DNA of 64,000 nucleotides from a virus (lineage: Duplodnaviria; Caudoviricetes), in IMG/VR virus record IMGVR_UViG_3300005573_000008, positions 5,641-69,640 of that record. One strand, 5' to 3'. The translations under genes and the position numbers were made by a program. Numbering within the stretch: position 1 is the stretch's first letter; the number at the start of each line of letters is the position of its first letter. Shown here piece by piece: positions 1-10,293 of this stretch. The notes below the pieces were generated by a model that was given only the letters and a program-made list of their open reading frames with translations, had not been told where the DNA came from and ran no database searches.

Positions 1-157
1 GCACGAAACGCGCGCTCATGTGGCCGGACGCGCCGCACCCCGTGCGTTCTGTGCGTGGCATGCCGCCCAATGACTTCGTTACGCCGACCCTTGCCGCCGC
101 ACGTGAGCAGGTGATCGCCAATATCCAGACGGCAATTCAAGAAGCGATGCAGAACGT

Positions 158-670
158 ATGAGTGTACCACGAGCGCCCAATAATCCATTGCCGGCCATCA
201 CCGTCCTGGAGGCCATACGACAGATCATCGTACCCAATACGCGGCTGACGCTGGTCAATCCCAACGATCCAACCGGCCTCTCGCAGGTGTATGTCCGCCG
301 CCGCTACGACCTGATGGGAGGCGCCTTCCCCGCCGTGAATCTCCAGACGGGTCAGCAGCAGTTCAAGATCTGGAGCAACCGCGTCTGGGCCGGTATCCTG
401 CCCGTGCTCATTGAGTATTACGACCGCTGGGACCGGCAGCCCAGCACCATTGATGACATCCGCATTCGCATCGACACCGATATTGAAGCGATCAAGGCCA
501 ATCTCGAAAACAACAATGCCCTTGTGGTCAATGGAACGGCCAACGCCGTCAGCGTTCCGGAAATTCTCATTTCACCTGACCTTGGTGAGATAGAAACCCG
601 CGTGCCCGGTGTGTTCGCGGTCTACCGCACGATCACGGCGCACGTCCAGATGATGCCGTACGACACGTAA
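158..670 (+). CDS. Probable tail terminator / tail-completion protein
   Basis: 170 aa, directly upstream of the tail tube gene; size and position are typical. No diagnostic motif. Confidence 0.55.
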   Translation: MSVPRAPNNPLPAITVLEAIRQIIVPNTRLTLVNPNDPTGLSQVYVRRRYDLMGGAFPAVNLQTGQQQFKIWSNRVWAGILPVLIEYYDRWDRQPSTIDDIRIRIDTDIEAIKANLENNNALVVNGTANAVSVPEILISPDLGEIETRVPGVFAVYRTITAHVQMMPYDT

Positions 671-689
671 GAACACTCAGGAGGGACAG

Positions 690-1193
690 ATGTCCACCCC
701 ACGACTCACGCCAGACCAGCGTGTACCCGCGCGCTATACCGGCTCATACGCGGTTCGTCTGGCGCACCGCGATATCAATGGCGCCATCAAAGACGAGACG
801 GGCGCGCTGCGCAACAACACCAAAGTTCGTCCGGGCGACATCGTGCACCTGCGCGCCCACGAGGTGTACGGCGCGTCGTACTTGTTCGACCCGCGCGGCG
901 AGCGCGATCCGCAGTTCCTGGGTGTGGGTAAGGTCGTCCTCCCTGAACACGCCCAGCTTTCCGATGCTGAACGGGCCGCGCTGGGCTACGAGCATCATGA
1001 GGGACGAAGCGACTTCGAGCCGGTGTACCCGCTGGAAGACGCCACGCGGCGATTTGCCGCGGCAGCTGAGCCCGTTTCGGCCGCGCCTGCGGATTCCGTC
1101 AAACCGGACGTGTCCGTAAAGACGGGGAAAGGCTCACGTGCCGCTACCACGGAATCGACTGCACAGGACGGTTCCGCGTCACACGAGGAATAG
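690..1193 (+). CDS. Hypothetical phage protein
   Basis: RBS GGAGGG upstream; tightly packed in the tail operon; low-complexity C-terminus. Confidence 0.7.
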   Translation: MSTPRLTPDQRVPARYTGSYAVRLAHRDINGAIKDETGALRNNTKVRPGDIVHLRAHEVYGASYLFDPRGERDPQFLGVGKVVLPEHAQLSDAERAALGYEHHEGRSDFEPVYPLEDATRRFAAAAEPVSAAPADSVKPDVSVKTGKGSRAATTESTAQDGSASHEE

Positions 1194-1196
1194 CTC

Positions 1197-2435
1197 ATGG
1201 CCACCCTCATTGTTGCGATTCGCGAAGATAATGCCTATGTCGGCATAGGCAAGCAATCACAGGGTGGGACCGCGATCGCGCCGTCCTACTTTCCCCGCTG
1301 GCTCGATGGCTCCAATATCCAGCTCGACATCAAGGCCGAGGATGTCTGGGAAGGAGACGGCAGCCGGCGCCTGAGCCTGATCATCAAGAACCGGCAGGAA
1401 GTGAAGGGCAAGTTGGTTGTCGCTCCAAGGCCCAATGAACTCGGCTTTCTGGAAGCTGCTGCCCAGGGCGCAGGCAGTGATGCGTTTACGGCTCCAGCAG
1501 CCAGCACGACCCTGGCCGCGGCCGCCACAGCGGGCCAGAACTCCATCAGCCTCACCGCTGATACGGGGCTGACGACCTCAGGGTCAGCGACCGTGATCAT
1601 CGATCCGGGCCTGGCAACCGAGGAAATCGTCACGATCACCACACCGCCGTCCGGCGCAGGGCCGTACACCGCGACGCTTGCCAATGGCGCGACACTGCAG
1701 CAGGCGCATGCCAGCGGTGCGACGGTCGAGACGGCCGCGACGCATGTCATGACTGATCAGAGTGACGGTAACTTCTACTCGTTCGAAGTCAGTCTCGGTG
1801 GAACCGCGGGCATCATCCTGCGAGCGCGTGACTGCAAGATCGAGCAGATCAAGCGCAGCGCGAAGGCCGGCGGTCTGCTGACGTACGAAGTAGACTGGCA
1901 GGGCGTCGCGACGATCGCGCAGCCGTCGGCGAGTACCGTGACGCTGGAGCCACACCCGCCCTTTCTGTACACGCAGGGCGTGTGGACGCTGGATGGCTCG
2001 ACAACGGGCGACGCACTGGCGATCGAGTCGTTTGATATCACCCAGAAGAACAATCTCGATACTACGATTCAGACCGAGCAACTGACCCTCGCGACACTGA
2101 TCTTCGGCAACGTCACGCTGGATGTCGGGCTGAATCTGGTGATGCAGAGCGGTGACCGCATCGCGGAGACCTACTTCGGCGGTGCGAGTGGCACAACAGA
2201 CGCGCAGGCGCTGGCCACGGGCAGCGTGCAACTGGTCTTCACACAGGCCAATGCATTCTTTGTGGTCACGTATGATGTCCCGGCACTGACCTATACCAAG
2301 ACCGAGCCACCTGCCCCCAAGAAGGATGGCAAAGCCTTCCGGCTGGCAGTCGCCGCGAGTTCCACCAGTGACATGGGCGCGAACGCGTTCCTGTTGCAGA
2401 CGACTGTCGCCAATTCGGTGAGTAGCGCGTATTGA
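1197..2435 (+). CDS. Major tail tube protein with inserted beta-rich decoration module
   Basis: 412 aa, upstream of chaperones and tape measure; tube-like N- and C-terminal halves flank an Ala/Thr-rich insert (about 1500-1745). Confidence 0.8.
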   Translation: MATLIVAIREDNAYVGIGKQSQGGTAIAPSYFPRWLDGSNIQLDIKAEDVWEGDGSRRLSLIIKNRQEVKGKLVVAPRPNELGFLEAAAQGAGSDAFTAPAASTTLAAAATAGQNSISLTADTGLTTSGSATVIIDPGLATEEIVTITTPPSGAGPYTATLANGATLQQAHASGATVETAATHVMTDQSDGNFYSFEVSLGGTAGIILRARDCKIEQIKRSAKAGGLLTYEVDWQGVATIAQPSASTVTLEPHPPFLYTQGVWTLDGSTTGDALAIESFDITQKNNLDTTIQTEQLTLATLIFGNVTLDVGLNLVMQSGDRIAETYFGGASGTTDAQALATGSVQLVFTQANAFFVVTYDVPALTYTKTEPPAPKKDGKAFRLAVAASSTSDMGANAFLLQTTVANSVSSAY

Positions 2436-2510
2436 CCTGTCAGGCGCGCCCCATCGCGCCTGTAACAACACAAGCCGTATCTATCGCATGAGCAGCATGA
2501 GGAGTGTCCC

Positions 2511-3035
2511 GTGAGCAGCAAATACGCGGCCCCAGGTGTCAGCGGTGCAGAGCAGTTGCGTCGCGCCAGGCAAAGCGCAAACGATTTGGGCGTGGCGGCC
2601 GGTGAGCAGGATCCACAGTTTGAGGCGATACGCGAGCAGTTGTCGGCGGTCAACCTGGACGAGACCAACCTGTCATTCGTGGACATCGCCTTCATCGAGT
2701 GGAAGGTTGTAGAGGTCGAGGACGAGGAAGGCGTCACGCATGCCACGCGGAAGCCCTACACGCGCAGGGTGACCCTGTGCGTGACACCGAGCACCGAGCA
2801 GCAGCTGGAGGCCATCGAGTTCTCCGTCAAGCGCAAGGAATGGCTGGAAGCCAAAGACGATGGCGATGCAACGGTCAACCGCGAGCAACTGGAGGCGATG
2901 GCGCGGCTATGCCTCAGTGTCTGGCGTATGACCGAGCCAGACATGACGATGGATCGCTTTCTTGCAGGCATCGGCGGGATCTCGCGCATCTCCAAGCTCT
3001 TCACGGTTTTTTTCAACCCAGCGACCCTCCAGTAG
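2511..3035 (+). CDS. Tail assembly chaperone (lambda gpG-like)
   Basis: Between tube and tape measure genes; its 3' end carries the slippery T-TTT-TTC at 3008-3014. Confidence 0.8.
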   Translation: MSSKYAAPGVSGAEQLRRARQSANDLGVAAGEQDPQFEAIREQLSAVNLDETNLSFVDIAFIEWKVVEVEDEEGVTHATRKPYTRRVTLCVTPSTEQQLEAIEFSVKRKEWLEAKDDGDATVNREQLEAMARLCLSVWRMTEPDMTMDRFLAGIGGISRISKLFTVFFNPATLQ

Positions 3036-3550
3036 CTCGCCAGTCCCGCTGGCGGCGTGAGTGGTCGCTCCGCCAACAGGTGCGCCACGGAGCACAGACA
3101 CCCTACGCGTTACCTGACGCTGATGGCCCGCAGGTACAATCGCTGGAATGGGATACTGATGCGCGCGATGAAGCCTGGGAAGAGAGCCGGCGCCTGGCCG
3201 AGCGCGATCCCGAGGCAGCGGCCCTTCTGGTCGCGCACTTGCACGCCGCGACCGCACCCGCGCCGGATCCAGATGCCCTGGACCAGACGCCGGTTCCCAC
3301 GTCTGAGCCGTTCGATCCAATGGTCATGTTCGCGGAACTGGCGGCATTCTACCACTGGACTGATGCGTCGATGCGCCAGATGCCGTGGAAGCGGCTACTG
3401 GCCTACTATCGTGAGGCAGTGCGGATGAAAGAGCGTGACGAGGCGCGCATGCGCACATCCAGCGCGCCGCAGACTGTCTCACAGGAAGAGTTCATGCGGA
3501 ACCTGCGTCGCATGACGACCTATGAAGGTGACGTGGTGCCTGTCAGCTAG
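3008..3550 (+). CDS. -1 frameshift extension of the tail chaperone (gpGT-like C-terminal part)
   Basis: The -1 frame is open from the slippery site to 3550 and contains FYHWTDASMRQMPWKRL, resembling the FHW motif of gpT-like proteins. Confidence 0.75.
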   Translation, partial: FFQPSDPPVARQSRWRREWSLRQQVRHGAQTPYALPDADGPQVQSLEWDTDARDEAWEESRRLAERDPEAAALLVAHLHAATAPAPDPDALDQTPVPTSEPFDPMVMFAELAAFYHWTDASMRQMPWKRLLAYYREAVRMKERDEARMRTSSAPQTVSQEEFMRNLRRMTTYEGDVVPVS

Positions 3551-3840
3551 CTGGTAAACTTGATCGCCGTTCCGAGCAGCGTCGTGATCATCTGGTTGCC
3601 AGATGCGATGCTCGTCGCGAGCTGGATACCAATGACACCATCCGCGCCCATCTTCCGAGCCTGCTCCTCCAGGTCGTGCAGCCGGTCTTCCACTTTGACG
3701 TTTCCAGAGAAAGCTCGTTCCGCCGAAGATACCAGTCCCACCACCTCATAGGTGCGTCCCGGCAGCATCGGCACAGTCGCCATCAGCACCGGCACTTGCA
3801 CGTCCGACTTGTCTGTCTTGTCTGTCTTGCTGCCAAACAT
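3547..3840 (-). CDS. YbjQ/UPF0145-like heavy-metal-binding-fold protein (antisense moron)
   Basis: Motifs YEVVGLV...A.KMGADGVIGIQL...LGTAIK match the YbjQ pattern; own RBS (GGGAGG); opposite strand to the tail operon. Confidence 0.75.
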   Translation of the reverse strand: MFGSKTDKTDKSDVQVPVLMATVPMLPGRTYEVVGLVSSAERAFSGNVKVEDRLHDLEEQARKMGADGVIGIQLATSIASGNQMITTLLGTAIKFTS

Positions 3841-3904
3841 AAGCACCTCCCGCGACTCCTTTTCGCCCGTTCCGAGCCGCTGACCGCACTATAGCGCTGT
3901 TTGC

Positions 3905-6900
3905 TTGCCGCCGCAACGCGAACACATGTTCCATGGAATCACTGCGATGGATGAAAACATCCTGGTCGAGCTGGAAGGTGACGCGGGTCCGGCGACGGCG
4001 GCCATTGACGAGGCCATCGCGTCACTGGACGGGTTGAGCGAGGCGGCACAGGCCGTTGCGGACACGATTGACGCGTCGCTGGGCGGTCTGGAAGATACGT
4101 TCGCCAGCATTTCCAGCTCGGTCGGGGGGTTGGATGCCATCTTTGGTTCTCTACAAGAGAACCTGGCAGCGCTGTCCGACAGTATCGCCGCAGCGAGTGA
4201 CAGTGTGGATGCGCTGGGAAGCTCCGCCGATGCCGCGAGCACGGGCATCGGCGCGCTCGATGCCGCTGCCGCCAGCGCGACCTCGGAACTCACCGGACTG
4301 AGCACGTCAGCGGACACAGCGGCCGGCAGTCTCGACGCGGCCCGAGGGTCCAGCGAAGGGTTCGGCGGCGGCATGGGCAACATGACCATGCCCTTGCTGG
4401 CAGCGGGCGCGGCGGTCGCGGGGGTGGGCATCGGCGCGCTCAAGATGGCCAGCGACTACCAGAGCAGCATGTCGGTCGTGCAGGCGCTCACCGGTCAGAC
4501 CGCGCAGCAGACGCAGGCGTTCAGCCAGCAAGTGCTGGCGATGTCGGGGCAGCTCGGCGTGCCCGCCAAACAACTCAGTGACGGCCTGTACTACGTCCTC
4601 TCGGCGGGCGTCAAAGCCTCGGACGCGATGGGCGTGCTGAAGGTGGTCACCGAGGCCAGCGCGGCTGGCATGGTGGACGCCAGCACCGATGCCGACGCGC
4701 TCACCAGCGCGATCAACGCCTACGGCGCGGGCGCGAGCCAGGCGCAAAACTACCAGGACATGCTGCTGGTCGCGCTGCGCGACGGCAAGACAACGATGCA
4801 GGAGTTGTCGAGCAGCATCGGACGCGCGGCGGTCACGGGCAATGCGGCGGGCTTCAGCTTCAACCAGGTCGCCGCCGCCATGTCCACGATGACCCTGTCC
4901 GGCGCGTCGGCGCACATCGCGGGCATGCAACTCTCCAACCTGATGCGCCAGGTGGGCATCAACGCCAGCACCGTCGCCACCGACGCCAAGAAGATGGGGC
5001 TGTCGTTTGACAGCACCAAGTTCGCCAGCATGAGCCTGTTCCAGCGGCTGCAATACCTGCAAGAGATCACCAAGGGCAACAAGGCCGAGATGCTCAAGCT
5101 CACCGGCGGCGCGGCGGGCTTCCAGGCGGCCATGATGCTGCTCAACCAGGGCGGCGCGCAGTACACCAAAATCCTGGGCGACATGGCCCACAGCCAGGGG
5201 ATGACCGCCAACGCGTTCGCGGTCCACGAGCAGACGATGGCGGCTGAGTGGGACCATCTGAAGGTGGCGGGTGAGAATGCGCTGATCAAATTGGGTGACG
5301 CGCTGGAGCCGCTGGTGAAGGCGATTGGCGACAAGATCCTGCCCGCGCTCAACAAGTTCTCGGCCTGGGCCAGCGCGCATCCCGCCGCCATGCGCACCGC
5401 GTTTCTCGGCATCGCCGCGGCGGTCGCTGCGGTCGCGACCGCCTTCCTGGCCTTCAGACCGGTCGGTGGCATGATCTCAGGCGTCTTCAATGGCATGCTT
5501 GGCAAGGGCTCGACTCTTGGCAAGCTGTTCCTCGGCCTCAAAGGAGGCATGGGCTCGGTCGTTGGCGAGGCGAGCCGGTTCGGGACCGCCTTTGGTGAGG
5601 GCATCTCGACCAACCTGCTCAAGTTTGGGCTGGCGGTGCGACATCCCGGACTGGCGCTGGACGTGCTCAAAGGGAAGCTGGCCGACCTGGCCAAGATTGG
5701 CCCGAACGCGCTGTCCTTCATCGGCAAGGCGGCTGGCCAATTCGGCACGTTCGCGGGCAAGCTGGGCGACATGGCGGGTATGCTGGGCAACCCGGCCCAG
5801 ATGCTCGGCCTGCTCCGTACCGGCTTCATGGGCGCGGCTCAAGGGGCGCTGTCCGCGATACCCGCGCTGGCGGGCATGGCGGCGTCGCTGGGCGCGATCC
5901 TCGTGCCGCTGCTGCTTATCGCTGGCGCGATCGCGCTGGGCATCATCATCTTCACCAGGTTCCACGCGCAGCTGAGCCAGGTCGGTGGGTTCCTGTCGGG
6001 GCAGATGCGCCCGATCTTTACCGATATCCACAACACGGTACAGACCTTCCTGGCGATGGTCCGGCTGCAGTGGCAGGCGACGTGGCCCAGGCTGCGTCCG
6101 GCGGTGCTCGATCTCATCAACGCCTTCAAATCGCTCAGCCCCGTGCTCCAGATCGTCGGTACGGTCATCTCGGTCGTGCTCAAGGTGATTCTGGGGCTGG
6201 TCTCCGGCGTGGTCGGCGGCTTCCTGTCGGCGCTGCCGCAAATCGCCGGATTCTTTGCCGCCGTCTTTCGGCTCATCGGCGACTTTGGCCAGATCATCCA
6301 GGCCATCTTCTCCGGTCAGTGGGGCAAGATTCCCGGCATCATCGGCGACGGACTGCGCCAGATCGGTCTACTCGTCCAAAACGGCCTGGGCTTTGTCCTG
6401 ACCTTCGTCGGCCACACCATTCTCAGCATCGTGCAGTGGTTCGACTCGCTGACCGGCGGCGCGCTGACCGGAGTGGTGAACTTTGTCAAGGGCGTCATCT
6501 CCTTCTTTGAGGGGCTGTTCGACCATCTGGTCGGGCACTCCGTCATTCCTGATCTGGTCAACGGGATCATTCGCTGGCTGACGCAGACCCTGCCAGGCGA
6601 AGTGCTGACTGGCATCTCCAATCTGGTCACACGGGTCATCGCGTGGTTCGCGCAAATGGAAGCCCGCGTGCTCGCGGCCATTACGGCGTTTGTGACAGGT
6701 CTGCTCGATGAAGCCGTGCGCTTAGAGGTGCAGTTCCTCAACACGATCACCCGCATGGTGGACATCGCGCTCGGCTGGTTCGACAGCATGACGAGCGGAG
6801 CCGTCTCCAAGGCAGAAGGGCTCGTCAGTCGGGTCGTGGGCGTCCTGACGGGCCTACCCGGCAAGATCGGGTCGGTCATGCGTGGCCTCATCGCCAACAT

Positions 6901-7483
6901 GCTCGGTTGGGGCGGTGACATGATTCACAATCTAGCATCGGGCATCACGGGCGCGCTGGGCACGGTCACCAATGCCGTCGGGAGCGTTGCCGACAAGATT
7001 AAGTCGTTTCTGCACTTCTCCGTGCCAGACGAGGGGCCACTGGCTGACTTCGACCGCTGGATGCCGGACATGGGCGACAAACTGGTGCAGGGGCTTTCGG
7101 CACAACAGGATCGCGTCAAACAGGCGGCATCCGGACTCGCGCAAGCCATGCAGCAGGGCATGGCCCCCACTGGGGCACTGACCGGCCTCGCGCCTTCCAT
7201 GCCGTCGCTCACCGCAGGTGGGCTGGGCGGAAACACTGGGAATGTTCCGTCGCTCCTGCAGCAGCTGATCACGGAAGTACGTGGGCTGGGTCGCGCCCAG
7301 CCGCTGGGCAGCAACATCACGCCGGCGACACTCGGCACGGTCGTGCAGCAGCAGATCGGCAATGTCAATCTGCAGGGCACGGGCAATGTCGATATCAACA
7401 CGATCTACGCCATCTTTAACGAGCTCGCCGGACTTGCCGTGGAGTACGGCGGCCGCGGCGCGACCGCGGGAATGGGGATCTAA
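3905..7483 (+). CDS. Tape measure protein (TP901-like central domain); likely start 3947
   Basis: 1192 aa Ala/Gly-rich helical protein; TP901-type region (SMSVVQALTG...GLYYVLSAG); hydrophobic periodic repeats; C-terminal HFSVPDEGPL motif. Confidence 0.95.
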   Translation: MPPQREHMFHGITAMDENILVELEGDAGPATAAIDEAIASLDGLSEAAQAVADTIDASLGGLEDTFASISSSVGGLDAIFGSLQENLAALSDSIAAASDSVDALGSSADAASTGIGALDAAAASATSELTGLSTSADTAAGSLDAARGSSEGFGGGMGNMTMPLLAAGAAVAGVGIGALKMASDYQSSMSVVQALTGQTAQQTQAFSQQVLAMSGQLGVPAKQLSDGLYYVLSAGVKASDAMGVLKVVTEASAAGMVDASTDADALTSAINAYGAGASQAQNYQDMLLVALRDGKTTMQELSSSIGRAAVTGNAAGFSFNQVAAAMSTMTLSGASAHIAGMQLSNLMRQVGINASTVATDAKKMGLSFDSTKFASMSLFQRLQYLQEITKGNKAEMLKLTGGAAGFQAAMMLLNQGGAQYTKILGDMAHSQGMTANAFAVHEQTMAAEWDHLKVAGENALIKLGDALEPLVKAIGDKILPALNKFSAWASAHPAAMRTAFLGIAAAVAAVATAFLAFRPVGGMISGVFNGMLGKGSTLGKLFLGLKGGMGSVVGEASRFGTAFGEGISTNLLKFGLAVRHPGLALDVLKGKLADLAKIGPNALSFIGKAAGQFGTFAGKLGDMAGMLGNPAQMLGLLRTGFMGAAQGALSAIPALAGMAASLGAILVPLLLIAGAIALGIIIFTRFHAQLSQVGGFLSGQMRPIFTDIHNTVQTFLAMVRLQWQATWPRLRPAVLDLINAFKSLSPVLQIVGTVISVVLKVILGLVSGVVGGFLSALPQIAGFFAAVFRLIGDFGQIIQAIFSGQWGKIPGIIGDGLRQIGLLVQNGLGFVLTFVGHTILSIVQWFDSLTGGALTGVVNFVKGVISFFEGLFDHLVGHSVIPDLVNGIIRWLTQTLPGEVLTGISNLVTRVIAWFAQMEARVLAAITAFVTGLLDEAVRLEVQFLNTITRMVDIALGWFDSMTSGAVSKAEGLVSRVVGVLTGLPGKIGSVMRGLIANMLGWGGDMIHNLASGITGALGTVTNAVGSVADKIKSFLHFSVPDEGPLADFDRWMPDMGDKLVQGLSAQQDRVKQAASGLAQAMQQGMAPTGALTGLAPSMPSLTAGGLGGNTGNVPSLLQQLITEVRGLGRAQPLGSNITPATLGTVVQQQIGNVNLQGTGNVDINTIYAIFNELAGLAVEYGGRGATAGMGI

Positions 7484-7485
7484 CC

Positions 7486-8307
7486 ATGCCGCTGCCGAAC
7501 TATACATATGGGACGTTCCAACTCAATGACGGCGTAAACTATTTCGTGACGGACAAGAAACTCGGCTTGCCGGAGGTGCAGGAGTCCGTCTTCAAGGTTG
7601 CGCGCTACCCTGGGGTCAAGACGACCGGCACGATTATCAACGAGCGGCGCGCAACGGTGACGGTGGTCGTGGTCGGCAGTTCGCGCACGGATCTCGAAAG
7701 CAAGGTGGATGCGCTGCTCCTGGCGCTCAACCAGCGCCAACAGCAACTGGCCATTCACATGCTGGACGGCCGCTATCTGGTCTGTGACGCCATCAGCGCG
7801 CCGGTCACCTATCGGTCTACGCGCCTCCTGGCGGTCACGATCCAGATCACCTTCCTAGCGGTAGACCCGTACCTGTACGCGGCTAACGCCAGCAGCTATG
7901 ATTCCGGCAGCATCGCCTATACCCTGGTTTCCGGCTCCAACTACACGAGCGGCAATCTGGTGGTGGCGAGCAGTGGGACCGAATATGCCTATCCAACGAT
8001 CGCGCTAACCAACAACAGTGCCGTTACCATCACGGCCTTCACGCTCAGCCAGAACCCGGATGGCACCTCGCTTCAGATCTCCAACCTGTCGTGGACGCAG
8101 GGTGAGACCATCACCATTGGCTGCGACCCGCGCCAGGCCAACGGCTACACCGTCGTCTCCAGCGCCGCGCCCGGGACGCTGCTCGCGTTTTCCGGCACGT
8201 TCCCCGTGATCGAGCCGACCGGCACAGTGCTCACGCTCCAGGTGACCGCATCCGCGCAGCCGACAGTGGACCTGGCCGCGACGTGGACACCACGCTGGCT
8301 GAGTTAG
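7486..8307 (+). CDS. Distal tail protein (Dit)
   Basis: Immediately after the tape measure; 273 aa with the Dit-like FLAVDPYLY motif and a beta-rich C-terminus. Confidence 0.8.
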   Translation: MPLPNYTYGTFQLNDGVNYFVTDKKLGLPEVQESVFKVARYPGVKTTGTIINERRATVTVVVVGSSRTDLESKVDALLLALNQRQQQLAIHMLDGRYLVCDAISAPVTYRSTRLLAVTIQITFLAVDPYLYAANASSYDSGSIAYTLVSGSNYTSGNLVVASSGTEYAYPTIALTNNSAVTITAFTLSQNPDGTSLQISNLSWTQGETITIGCDPRQANGYTVVSSAAPGTLLAFSGTFPVIEPTGTVLTLQVTASAQPTVDLAATWTPRWLS

Positions 8308-8316
8308 AGGTGCGCC

Positions 8317-10293
8317 ATGCCGAACATGCTCACCGCCAACCAGAGCAGCGTGGAGACCGACACCAGCGGCTTCGCGGCCTATGTCGGCGGCGGCGGCAGC
8401 ATTAGCCGCGACACGTCGCAGGCGTGGCAGGGCGCGTCCTCGCTGAAGGTGGTGACCGACGGCTCCGGCACCTACCAGTATGTCGATGCCAGAGTGCCCA
8501 TCGAGTACAACGTGGTGCCGGGCCAGGTGTACACGTTCTCGTTCTACATCCTGGGCGCGTCGGCGGCCGGGACGCTGCGCTACTTCGTCGACAGCGATCA
8601 GGGTGCGGTCTCCAGCGTGCAGACGCTGACGCTCGCCACCAGTTGGACGCGCTACAGCGTCACATTTACCGCCCCGACGAACGTCACGGCGCGCTGGTAC
8701 GCGCCTCGCCTCGATACGGGCGGCACAGCACAGGCGTTGACGTTCTGGCTAGACGGCCTGCAACTGGAACAGAACAGCAGCACGACGCCGTGGACGTTAG
8801 GTGTCGGCTCCAACGCCAACCCGTCCGACAGCTCACCACTGCGCTACAAGCAGCAGATGGTGCTGGTCTACAACGCCAGCGGCACATTTCTTGACGTCTG
8901 GCGCGATGCTCCGCTGCTCTCAGGGGTCAAGTACGCCATCAACAGCGCCACGACGCCGCTGCGGGTGCAACTCCCGCGCCCGTTTGACAACTTCGATGAG
9001 GCGGGCGTGGGCGGCAATCGTGGCACGATCGCGCAGGGCAACATCGTGCAGTACTGGCTCTTCGGGCCCAATCTGCCGGCAGGGGGGCTGCTTAAGTTCC
9101 AGGGTGTCATTGACTCCTACGAGCCACAGATTCTCGATTCCGGCGAAGAGTCGGTGACCGTCACCATCACCCCCTTTGACAGCGTGCTCGCCGATGAGGG
9201 GCTGGTGCTGGGGCAGAGCTTTGGCACACCAGGAGTCTCCAGCACGTACGTCGATCCCGTCGCCATCTTTACCTGGTTCTTCACCAACGACGACAGTCTG
9301 ACCGGCAAACCGTACATGGGTTCCATGACGCAGGATCCGAACAATCCGTCATCCTCAGGGAACCTCGTCGCCTACACGTTCGAGAACCAGTCCATCAAGA
9401 GCATCTTTGACACGCTCGTCACGATGCTGCCGGCCAACTGGTTCTATCGCTGCAATCCCGACAAGACGGTGACGCTCAACGTCGCACCCACGACGGCACA
9501 GCACCAGTTCATCCTGGGCCAGCATATCGCGGTGCCACAGTACCGCAAGGACTGGACAAATCTCAAGAACGTCGTGCGGGTAGTCGGCACCGGCCTGGCG
9601 ACCTCGCTGACCACGGCACTTGCCAGCGGCACGCAGTATACCAGTCTGGCGGTTGCGCCCTTGCCAGTGGGGGTGATCGCGGGCCAGGAACTGGTGATCA
9701 ATGGCAACGGCTCACCGCAGCAAACCGTGACCGTCTCAGCAGATACGGCACAGAATGCGACCAGCGTGCCCGTGAATGCGTTCACGGCCAACAGCAATTA
9801 CGCAGCGCAGACACAGGTGCAGATTCTGGTGCAGGCCACAGCGCAAGGGACGGATCTCTCGACCTTCGGCGCGCGCGTGCTGCAGCTCGCTGACAGCCGT
9901 CTCACCGATCAGCATTCGTGTGAAGTCGTCGCGCAAGGGCTGCTCAACCAGTATGATCGCATGCTGGTGCGCACCAAGCTGCGTATCGTGGACTATCGCG
10001 GCGATGCCAACACGGGGCTGGGATATGACATCGAGAGCATTCAGCCAGGCGATACGTGTCAGATTGTGAACCCATCGGCGAATGCCGCTGACACCCTGTG
10101 GGACGTGTCGCAGTGGGACGTCGGCTACTGGGATTTCTCGCCGGCGGCGGCCCTTGACCAGGTAGCCGTCATCGTGAGCGTGACGTATCGCTGGGACTAT
10201 GTGGATCTTGAAATTGCCTCACTTGCACCATCGCAGGACGTGCAACTGCTCGCCCTGCAGACGATGCTTCAGGATTATACGTTAGGCCGGTGA
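8317..10293 (+). CDS. Tail hub / Tal-like protein with N-terminal carbohydrate-binding-like module
   Basis: The N-terminal ~165 aa resemble CBM4/9-type phage modules (N.S.E...W.RYSVTFTAP...FWLDGLQLEQ); followed by a hub-like region; located after Dit. Confidence 0.7.
   Translation: MPNMLTANQSSVETDTSGFAAYVGGGGSISRDTSQAWQGASSLKVVTDGSGTYQYVDARVPIEYNVVPGQVYTFSFYILGASAAGTLRYFVDSDQGAVSSVQTLTLATSWTRYSVTFTAPTNVTARWYAPRLDTGGTAQALTFWLDGLQLEQNSSTTPWTLGVGSNANPSDSSPLRYKQQMVLVYNASGTFLDVWRDAPLLSGVKYAINSATTPLRVQLPRPFDNFDEAGVGGNRGTIAQGNIVQYWLFGPNLPAGGLLKFQGVIDSYEPQILDSGEESVTVTITPFDSVLADEGLVLGQSFGTPGVSSTYVDPVAIFTWFFTNDDSLTGKPYMGSMTQDPNNPSSSGNLVAYTFENQSIKSIFDTLVTMLPANWFYRCNPDKTVTLNVAPTTAQHQFILGQHIAVPQYRKDWTNLKNVVRVVGTGLATSLTTALASGTQYTSLAVAPLPVGVIAGQELVINGNGSPQQTVTVSADTAQNATSVPVNAFTANSNYAAQTQVQILVQATAQGTDLSTFGARVLQLADSRLTDQHSCEVVAQGLLNQYDRMLVRTKLRIVDYRGDANTGLGYDIESIQPGDTCQIVNPSANAADTLWDVSQWDVGYWDFSPAAALDQVAVIVSVTYRWDYVDLEIASLAPSQDVQLLALQTMLQDYTLGR

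Noticed and set aside
4307-6921. Long minus-strand and alternative-frame ORFs over the tape measure gene (and similar ones at 1584-2471, 12677-13858, 17072-18190, 50179-51150, 56334-57455, 60566-61996)
   Set aside because: Shadow ORFs caused by high GC and codon bias of the real genes; no RBS or motifs.
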